Position numbers and translations under genes: made by a program. The notes under the pieces were generated by a model. The model was not told the DNA's origin. It ran no database searches and saw only the letters and a program-made list of their open reading frames with translations. A stretch of 64,000 bases of DNA from a virus: positions 64,001-128,000 of the IMG/VR virus record IMGVR_UViG_3300017593_000402; one strand, 5' to 3'. Every line of letters starts with the position of its first letter. The stretch's first letter is position 1. Of this stretch, positions 58,004-64,000 are shown in pieces.

Positions 58004-58483
58004 ATGGTAAAAGCACAAGTAAGACAGACAGACGAGTACTTTCTGCACGTACAAGTCAAAACTGACAAGGACGATCTTAGCTCTCCCATGAATAGAAGCT
58101 ATGGTTATGCTTTCAACCTAGAAATGAATGAGGAGGAGAATGAACGCTTTTTGGAGGCTACTGAGGGCCTGCAGGCCGAGCTTCCCAGTTTAGCGAATAC
58201 GGAAGCTCGATATTACCCTGCTGAGATTATCGGGGACGGTCTATATGTAGACGGCAAGTTTATTCTCAATCTACCTGACCAATACGCTGAGTATGGCGAA
58301 GAAGAACCACCAAAAGAGAAAGAAAAAGTCAAAGACAAAGACCTTGTGAAAGCAGGTCCTGGCCTGAACACCACGGACAAGTGGGCGATCTTTTTTGGTG
58401 ACTATCTTGTCTTTGTACAAAGTAAAGATAAACCCGAAGTAAGGAAAGTAAAGGAGGTTATCAATGTTAATAATATGTCCTAG
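58004..58483 (+). CDS. hypothetical acidic protein
   Basis: AAGGAGG RBS. Confidence 0.6.
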   Translation: MVKAQVRQTDEYFLHVQVKTDKDDLSSPMNRSYGYAFNLEMNEEENERFLEATEGLQAELPSLANTEARYYPAEIIGDGLYVDGKFILNLPDQYAEYGEEEPPKEKEKVKDKDLVKAGPGLNTTDKWAIFFGDYLVFVQSKDKPEVRKVKEVINVNNMS

Positions 58484-58580
58484 TTGTAGAAAAGGGTATC
58501 TCCATATTTACAGGGACGGGTATAAATGTCCTATCTGCGGGTATATAGTAAAATTACTTGAAATACCCGTTAAACGCTAA
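58464..58580 (+). CDS. 38-aa zinc-ribbon protein (missed by ORF track)
   Basis: MLIICPSCRKGYLHIYRDGYKCPICGYIVKLLEIPVKR; AAGGAGG RBS; ends just before a terminator. Confidence 0.65.
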   Translation: MLIICPSCRKGYLHIYRDGYKCPICGYIVKLLEIPVKR

Positions 58581-58589
58581 TTCCAAGAT

Positions 58590-58618
58590 AGGGGAGGCTT
58601 GGCCTCCCCTTTTTTATT
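58590..58618 (+). terminator. intrinsic terminator
   Basis: AGGGGAGGC-TTG-GCCTCCCCTTTTTT. Confidence 0.85.
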
Positions 58619-58631
58619 ACCCTTTATCAGG

Positions 58632-58671
58632 CTAGCGTAGGTTTGCAAGCGCAAAAATGGCCTGATAAAAT
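58632..58671 (+). promoter_or_regulatory. promoter with CTAGNGTAGGTTTGCAA element
   Basis: TTGCAA-17-TAAAAT right after the terminator; bracketed by inverted repeat TTTATCAGGC/GCCTGATAAA. Confidence 0.6.
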
Positions 58672-58704
58672 GCAGGCAAAAAACCACGAAAGGGGGATGT
58701 AAAC

Positions 58705-59187
58705 ATGGACGACAGACCTACAAAAAGCAGGTTATACCAGTCCTTGCCGCATGGCAGCGGCATTGACCTAGACTGGTACATTGAGGAAACCCGTAAATCT
58801 TTTAGGTGCTACAACGGGTATCACTGTATGGACGAAAACGGGTTTTACGAGGGGTGGGCCGATTTTGTCTTGATAGTACCAAAAGCTAACCCGTTGGAGT
58901 TTAAGCTTCAATTCCGTGGACGCAGGAGCCAATATTTAGCCAGGAAGCATATGTTAAGAGATTATTTGGAGGACGCATTCCTATTTGCGTTAACAAGCGA
59001 ATTCCCACGGTATGTCAGCGATATACCAAAACACTATGTTCTGGTGTACAATAGTCAAGATATAAGGGCGTTGGGAGTCAATCCTTGGGACTACCCACTG
59101 ATATTCTACGATCCCGAAAGCGAAAGAATTTATGGGATTAAAAACAACGTGGCTTATTTGAATTTACCTGTAGTAAGGGTAAAATGA
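58705..59187 (+). CDS. phage hypothetical protein
   Basis: LPHGSGID...YH.M.ENG.Y.GW motif; GGGGGA RBS. Confidence 0.6.
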   Translation: MDDRPTKSRLYQSLPHGSGIDLDWYIEETRKSFRCYNGYHCMDENGFYEGWADFVLIVPKANPLEFKLQFRGRRSQYLARKHMLRDYLEDAFLFALTSEFPRYVSDIPKHYVLVYNSQDIRALGVNPWDYPLIFYDPESERIYGIKNNVAYLNLPVVRVK

Positions 59188-59441
59188 AAACGTTTTCACT
59201 AGACTGGGAGGAATTAGATATGGCACGATTTCAGGGAATAGTTGAAACTGATAGGGCAAAGAGGACTAGCCGACTAGCGAACAAGTGGGGGACGGTTCAA
59301 CTAAATACATGGGATAAGGGCGTCCTTGTGGAGGCCCAATACAACGACACTACAAAGCAGATAATTTTTTCAGTATGGGAAACTGGGGGGAGCAATTACC
59401 CCAGGCCCAAGAAACTGTTAGCTAGAATAGAGGAAGGCTAG
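59184..59441 (+). CDS. hypothetical protein
   Basis: ATGA overlap, or later ATG at 59220 after GGAGG. Confidence 0.55.
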   Translation: MKTFSLDWEELDMARFQGIVETDRAKRTSRLANKWGTVQLNTWDKGVLVEAQYNDTTKQIIFSVWETGGSNYPRPKKLLARIEEG

Positions 59442-59627
59442 TGTAGGTTTGCAACCAAGGTCTGCTAAAGCGGTAACTCCATGTCACTAGGGAGGGCCTA
59501 GTAGCTCAAAGGCCTAGGTTCTCCCGTAGGTTTGCAATAGTTTTTCGCCTGTGTTAAAGTACAACCAAAACATCGGCAATAACCTTGCCTTGCGAGGGCC
59601 GATGAATAGTAAAGGAAGGAGCTAGGT

Positions 59628-59900
59628 ATGGAATTGGTGATTAAAGGTGTAAGGACTCTGGTTAAGAACGGAGATAGGAAAAGCGAATTGGACGAAGGTA
59701 AGCTTGTAGTGGATTTAGAAAACAAAACGTTAATATACGGAAAAAAGAAGATAGAACTAGAAGGGATAGAAAAGGAAAAATCAATTCATTACCTCTGGGT
59801 GCAGGTATTTAGCAATGATGGGAATGTTACCTTTTCGGGTAACATGCTAGAATACAAGCGGAAAAAGAAACAGACCAAAAAATCAAACAGCCTTCTATAG
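59628..59900 (+). CDS. hypothetical protein
   Basis: AAGGAG RBS; upstream TTGCAA-17-TAAAGT promoter; downstream terminator. Confidence 0.6.
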   Translation: MELVIKGVRTLVKNGDRKSELDEGKLVVDLENKTLIYGKKKIELEGIEKEKSIHYLWVQVFSNDGNVTFSGNMLEYKRKKKQTKKSNSLL

Positions 59901-59909
59901 CCTGCCTTG

Positions 59910-59947
59910 ACTCCCTAGGGTATCGGACACCTAGGGAGTGTTTTTTT
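59910..59947 (+). terminator. intrinsic terminator
   Basis: ACTCCCTAGG...CCTAGGGAGT followed by a T run. Confidence 0.75.
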
Positions 59948-59977
59948 AAGGGCGTGGGCGATTTTTATCAACCCTCC

Positions 59978-60280
59978 CATACGAAATGTAAAAAGTAAAA
60001 GTGAAAATGTTTTCACATACAAAATGTAAAAAATGAAAGTGAAAATATTTTCACGCACAAAATAAAAATGAAAACGTTTTCACTCGCTCAGTGGGAGTGT
60101 TTCCAGAAAAAATAAAGTGAGAATATTTTAGGTTGCGAGTGAAAACGTTTTCACTCATAAAAAATAAATTAGAAGGTGAGGTTGTTCCAGGAATTTATTA
60201 AGTGAAAATATTTTCACTGTTGAAGATGTTTTTAGTTTTTGAGAGTGTGGTTATCCACAAAAGTGAAAATATTTTCACTT
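59978..60280. repeat. cluster of six GTGAAAAYRTTTTCAC-type palindromes (protein-binding array)
   Basis: Copies at 60001, 60039, 60068, 60139, 60202, 60263; first two lie within 38-bp imperfect direct repeats; TTATCCACA at 60251. Confidence 0.85.
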
Positions 60281-60311
60281 TGAAATAAAAAAGTTTTAGT
60301 CAAATTTTTTC

Positions 60312-60340
60312 TTGACAGTAATATAAGGTTGTGTTATATT
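60312..60340 (+). promoter_or_regulatory. sigma70-type promoter with extended -10
   Basis: TTGACA-17-TATATT with TGn; heads the operon that includes the RAMP gene. Confidence 0.75.
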
Positions 60341-60386
60341 ACTGTCCAAAAAGTAGATGTGAAATGTATTGAAAGGAGGGAGTGTT

Positions 60387-60623
60387 ATGGCAACGATTTT
60401 GGTATGCGACCTTTGTGGTAGTAAGCAAAGTGTGAAAAGGTGTTCTTGGACGATTGATCGAGAGACGGATGCCGCAGGAAGCGCAGACGATGTTTTTATG
60501 AATGTAGATTTATGTTTGAAATGCGAAAATCGGTTACTTAGACGAGTCATTGATAGTCTAATAAAGGATGAAATAGAGTTCGGTAAAAGGATGTGGGATG
60601 AATATAGAAATATTCTTAGGTAA
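60387..60623 (+). CDS. small zinc-finger protein
   Basis: VCDLCG...DLCLKC; AAAGGAGG RBS. Confidence 0.65.
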   Translation: MATILVCDLCGSKQSVKRCSWTIDRETDAAGSADDVFMNVDLCLKCENRLLRRVIDSLIKDEIEFGKRMWDEYRNILR

Positions 60624-60640
60624 TTAATTATGAAGGGAGT

Positions 60641-60883
60641 GTGCCAATGGATGCAACGAAAGAGTTAGAAAAGGTAAAGGTTACTCCAGATCAAGAAGCC
60701 TGGCTTAAGGAAAGGATAGAAACAGCAATTCAGATGGCAATGTCATTGAAACAAGCTAGGGAAGTTCAAGCAGACTACTATGCTTATACGTACGGTTTAG
60801 ATGGCGTGATTGAAGGAACTGCGCTTGAAATTATTCACCTGCTTGGTCTGGAGCCTGCTTATGTAAATTTGAGACGAAAATGA
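60641..60883 (+). CDS. hypothetical protein
   Basis: GGGAG RBS; operon packing. Confidence 0.55.
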   Translation: MPMDATKELEKVKVTPDQEAWLKERIETAIQMAMSLKQAREVQADYYAYTYGLDGVIEGTALEIIHLLGLEPAYVNLRRK

Positions 60884-60916
60884 ATGTAACTTTATATAGT
60901 TTTAAGGAGGTAAAGA

Positions 60917-61341
60917 TGAAAAAATACAAAAAGAAGCCAGTAATAGTAAAAGCAGAGAAATGGGCAGGGGAGTTTACGCCTGAGCTTTTGGAAGCATTGA
61001 AAGCAAGCGATCGTCGGTTTGCCAAAGCTAGCAATGGAGACTTATTAATTTCGACTTTGGAAGGTACTATGCGAGCAGCTAAAGGAGACTATATCATCTT
61101 TGGTGTTAATAATGAACCTTATCCTTGTAAACCTGATATTTTTATGAAAACTTATGAGAGGGTTGGAGAAGATGAGTCGCCTAAAGTTTGGAGGGTGGCT
61201 GTTCTTCTAAAGAAAGACTCGAATGAGTGTGATTTTAGGTACCGCATTTTAAGACCCCAGTATTATAGCAAAAAATGGTATTGCGGTAAGCTCAGTGGTA
61301 CTCAGGAATGCACATACGAAAATTGTCCATTTAAGCTATAA
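60917..61341 (+). CDS. conserved phage protein (KKPV...TLEG...GDYII..V..E.YPCKPDIF..TYE) with Cys-rich extension
   Basis: Recognisable widespread phage motif; AAGGAGG RBS. Confidence 0.7.
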
Positions 61342-61344
61342 CAG

Positions 61345-61545
61345 ATGTATAAGCAGGAAAGAAGGATATTTGAAGGCGAAAGAATCTATGTGCGCTGTCC
61401 AAAGAGGAGGGACAAAGGTTTGATACCGATTGGGGCGTGTAAATCATGTGCTATATATAATAGGTATGCCGTTGCCTTCGAAACCAATGGGATTGAATTA
61501 GAAATGGAGGTAGAAACATGGAAGTGCAGTTCAAAGTCTTCGTAG
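61345..61545 (+). CDS. small Cys-containing hypothetical protein
   Basis: CP...CKSC; operon packing. Confidence 0.45.
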   Translation: MYKQERRIFEGERIYVRCPKRRDKGLIPIGACKSCAIYNRYAVAFETNGIELEMEVETWKCSSKSS

Positions 61546-61718
61546 AAAAAGAAGAATATGGACATAGCTTGATAATAGGAGAATATGCTGTGTGTCCTAC
61601 TTGTAACCATGAAAGTTTGAGAAGGCACGTAAGAATAGACCTCCCTACTTTCGAGGTTACTAAACAAGATTTATTGGAAAAGTTTGAAACTGTAGTGAGG
61701 TTTTTGAGCGATGAATGA
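61518..61718 (+). CDS. small hypothetical protein (CPTC)
   Basis: GGAGG RBS. Confidence 0.55.
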   Translation: MEVQFKVFVEKEEYGHSLIIGEYAVCPTCNHESLRRHVRIDLPTFEVTKQDLLEKFETVVRFLSDE

Positions 61719-62046
61719 TTATTATAAATTTTTTCATTTCACAGTTACGCTTGGATTGGAATGCGGTTTGGATCATCCTATTGAGTGGGCTGTTAATGTA
61801 TCTAGAACGCCTGGCGGTACTTTGTCTTCTGATTATTATAAAAGAGTAATCAAATACCTCCCTCGTTATCTAGTAGAAATATTTGAGTGCTTTTATTTGA
61901 GACGCCCTGATAACGCTAATGAAGTTTTGAGGATGTGTGACGATCATTATCCAGAAGGACATTTATGTAAAGGTTATTTTTCTGCCCTGAAACCAAAAAT
62001 AGAAGCTTATTTGAAGGAGAATAAAGATGGAAATATTTCATATTGA
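61711..62046 (+). CDS. hypothetical protein
   Basis: Overlap coupling; GAGG RBS. Confidence 0.55.
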   Translation: MNDYYKFFHFTVTLGLECGLDHPIEWAVNVSRTPGGTLSSDYYKRVIKYLPRYLVEIFECFYLRRPDNANEVLRMCDDHYPEGHLCKGYFSALKPKIEAYLKENKDGNISY

Positions 62047-62221
62047 TTTAGAAAAAGTGGAAAATAGGTGTATTGCTGATCCTTCTTTTTATTCGATAGT
62101 CAGCTATTTAGTTAAGTTAATTTTGTCTAAACAGGTGGAGCCTGTGGATTTGTTTGGAGGAGCTGTCCTTGCTGCAAAAATAGCAGAGACACTGTTAGAG
62201 AAGAAACCTTTGACTAATTAG
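62027..62221 (+). CDS. hypothetical protein
   Basis: AAGGAG RBS. Confidence 0.55.
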   Translation: MEIFHIDLEKVENRCIADPSFYSIVSYLVKLILSKQVEPVDLFGGAVLAAKIAETLLEKKPLTN

Positions 62222-62230
62222 GAGGGAAAT

Positions 62231-62584
62231 ATGTATCTATATAAATACGAGAAACCTTATTATGTTCTTTGTGAAGATGGGGTAGAGACATGGAGAGGCA
62301 AAGAAGTAGCTGTAGCTTTTTCTTACCATCCCAATGAAGCTGTTTTGTATAAACATGGTGATCCTGAGTTGGTAGAGAAATGGTATCGTGAAATCCTTCG
62401 TAGGTTTCGGTTAGTGGCTAATCAATTTATTAAATTTTCTACTTTTGAAGAGGAAGTAAAGTTTTGGCAGGATGAATTGGAGAGTATCAAGCTTATAAGA
62501 GGTAAATTTCCTGTAGATGAGTTGAATAAGTGTTTGAGTATTTCTGGGTATATCGGGAGGTTTTATGAGCGACTTCAAGATTGA
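62231..62584 (+). CDS. hypothetical protein
   Basis: GGAGG RBS. Confidence 0.6.
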   Translation: MYLYKYEKPYYVLCEDGVETWRGKEVAVAFSYHPNEAVLYKHGDPELVEKWYREILRRFRLVANQFIKFSTFEEEVKFWQDELESIKLIRGKFPVDELNKCLSISGYIGRFYERLQD

Positions 62585-62747
62585 TTTTCTTGAATATATT
62601 GTAAAAGATATATTGGGAGTGGCTCAATCAGAAAAGTGGAAAGCTAGTGACCAAGTAGCTTCTATCCACGCTGTGTGGATGGAAATTGGACGTAGATTAG
62701 GTAAGGAGATGGATAAAATAAGAAAGATGGAAAGAAATGAAAAGTGA
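62565..62747 (+). CDS. hypothetical protein
   Basis: GGAGG RBS. Confidence 0.55.
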   Translation: MSDFKIDFLEYIVKDILGVAQSEKWKASDQVASIHAVWMEIGRRLGKEMDKIRKMERNEK

Positions 62748-62759
62748 GAGGAGGTTTTT

Positions 62760-63371
62760 ATGAAAAAATTGGTAGAGTTAGAGGAAAGATTTAATGTAAA
62801 AATTAGGTTGTTGGAGCCTTTACTAGGCACGGTTCCTAAAGACCAAGAAGTATATAAAAGGTTTATAGCAAGCAAGGCTCCTGACCCTGAAGGAGGAGAA
62901 GAAGAGACTGAGACTGTGGTGTCAGTAGAAGAGAAAGGCTGGACTGGATTCCATAAGGACGAGAAAGGATTATTTATCTATAATTACATGATTAAAGGCT
63001 TTCTTAAAGCCGCTTGTGAAGTGTGTATGAGTGCAGGAGCATTAGATAAGATTTCAGCATATAAAAAATGGATTGACTTAGTTGTTTTTATCGACCCTCG
63101 ACGGATTTATTTCGGCAAATACGAACCTGATGGGTGTCTTGAAAGACCTTTGCGGACTTTAACGCCTAAAGGCCCAAGAGTTAGTGTTTGCAGAAGTGAT
63201 TATATAAAAGAAGGTACTGAAATAAATTTTATGGTTCGGATTCTGAAGAATAAGGCAGGGATTGACCAAGTTGCGATAGAACAAATGCTTGACTATGGCC
63301 AGTATGTTGGTCTTGGTCAATGGCGAGGTTCAGGAGGTTATGGAAGATTTGAAATAGTAGAGATAACGTGA
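62760..63371 (+). CDS. stand-alone RAMP-superfamily (Cas7/Csm3-like) RNA-binding protein
   Basis: N-terminal strand VKIRLLEPLLG, YMIKGFLKAA helix (cf. GSSLKG.LR), C-terminal glycine-rich loop GLGQWRGSGGYGRF; GGAGG RBS; no cas operon nearby. Confidence 0.8.
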   Translation: MKKLVELEERFNVKIRLLEPLLGTVPKDQEVYKRFIASKAPDPEGGEEETETVVSVEEKGWTGFHKDEKGLFIYNYMIKGFLKAACEVCMSAGALDKISAYKKWIDLVVFIDPRRIYFGKYEPDGCLERPLRTLTPKGPRVSVCRSDYIKEGTEINFMVRILKNKAGIDQVAIEQMLDYGQYVGLGQWRGSGGYGRFEIVEIT

Positions 63372-63372
63372 T

Positions 63373-63637
63373 AGTGGCGTTATGTTAGGTGTGGGTGTGG
63401 TTCAGTAGACCGAAGTTTCGGTTCAGTGAAGTTCAGTTGAGGCAAGGCAAAGTAAATTTTAGTCAAGGTATAGTCGAGTTTAGTTGAGGTATTGCTCAGT
63501 AACGTTCTGGCAATGTAGCGTGCGAAGTAAAGTTTGGGAATAGTACTGTATCTTCAGGCACAGGTAAGGTATCGCAAAGCCTTGGAACAGTATCGCATAT
63601 TTTGGCAAAGGTAAGGCACTGTATGGCTGCGGTGAAC
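63373..63637 (+). ncRNA. pentamer-periodic (NGY)NN repeat array; candidate guide RNA of the RAMP protein
   Basis: About 50 consecutive units, e.g. GGT-TC AGT-GA AGT-TC AGT-TGA GGC-AA GGC-AA AGT-AA; begins 2 nt after the RAMP stop and ends at the next RBS; no ORF of 60 aa or more. Confidence 0.75.
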
Positions 63638-63656
63638 AAAAGGAGGTGAGTAATTT

Positions 63657-63992
63657 ATGAAAGTTCTATCAACAGGTCCGTTGGAGTCTCGGTTACAGGT
63701 TTTACCTGGGTTACGTGAAAGGAGAGGAGTTCTCTATATAGATTTTAATTTTTATATGGAAAACTCACATATAGTAGGAGAGGTGTTTCATAAGTTAAAC
63801 ATAGTTCCAATTCAAGTTAGTACTAATTTAGCTGTTGAGAAAGTATTCGTTTATTTTGTGAGTCCTTTGTTAGACAAAACTCCTTTAGGGTACAGACCAC
63901 CTATGTTTGAGGTTGAGATTGAAACTGATGACGGTACATATATTAAAAATGTAAAATTAGTAGAAAGAGAGGTTGATAGGTATGAAATGTAA
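63657..63992 (+). CDS. hypothetical protein
   Basis: AAGGAGGTGA RBS. Confidence 0.6.
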   Translation: MKVLSTGPLESRLQVLPGLRERRGVLYIDFNFYMENSHIVGEVFHKLNIVPIQVSTNLAVEKVFVYFVSPLLDKTPLGYRPPMFEVEIETDDGTYIKNVKLVEREVDRYEM

Positions 63993-64000
63993 GATTGAGA

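Noticed and set aside
59490-59525. tRNA-like start GGGCCTAGTAGCTCA
   Set aside because: No anticodon arm, T-arm (GTTCRA) or acceptor stem can be built.
60001-60278. Palindrome cluster as a CRISPR mini-array serving the RAMP protein
   Set aside because: Repeats are only 16 bp, spacing is irregular (29-71 bp), intervening sequences are low-complexity or related, and identical copies occur inside genes.
63373-63637. Array as a canonical CRISPR, a simple microsatellite or a small gene
   Set aside because: No 23-50-bp direct repeats, units vary at defined positions, and no ORF of 60 aa or more (the GTG at 63368 stops after six codons).
1-64000. Diversity-generating retroelement, integrase, intron/intein or alternative genetic code
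   Set aside because: No reverse transcriptase, recombinase or intein motifs recognised; genes are intact and densely packed under the standard bacterial code.

Overview
A 64-kb stretch of a tailed dsDNA bacteriophage genome (Caudoviricetes) with strong AGGAGG RBSs and sigma70-type promoters. Layout: 1-13.3 kb, a siphovirus/GTA-type tail-tip and lysis module that looks compositionally distinct; 13.5-39.4 kb, a podovirus-type virion module (scaffold, major capsid, adaptor, tail/ejection proteins, a 2590-aa polyvalent protein); 39.4-50.3 kb (minus strand), a replication operon (UDG-PolA fusion, nucleases, RecA, SF2 helicase, SSB, primase, DnaB); 50.3-50.8 kb, a control/origin-like region; 50.8-55.1 kb (minus strand), an operon with an AAA+/DUF2997/DUF1257-like triad; 55.2-64 kb (plus strand), terminase small subunit and accessory genes. 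Most striking: a stand-alone Cas7/RAMP-fold gene (62760-63371) immediately followed by a ~265-nt non-coding array of ~50 (NGY)NN pentamer units, a candidate non-CRISPR RNA-guided system. Also notable: a 16-bp palindrome GTGAAAAYRTTTTCAC found 15 times by eye (dispersed in CDSs and clustered at 60.0-60.3 kb), a PEP-synthase-like dikinase/CX5R phosphatase pair, and a candidate anti-Shine-Dalgarno sRNA. No large terminase, portal, tape measure, integrase, tRNA or CRISPR array was seen. All family calls come from motif recognition by eye, not database searches.
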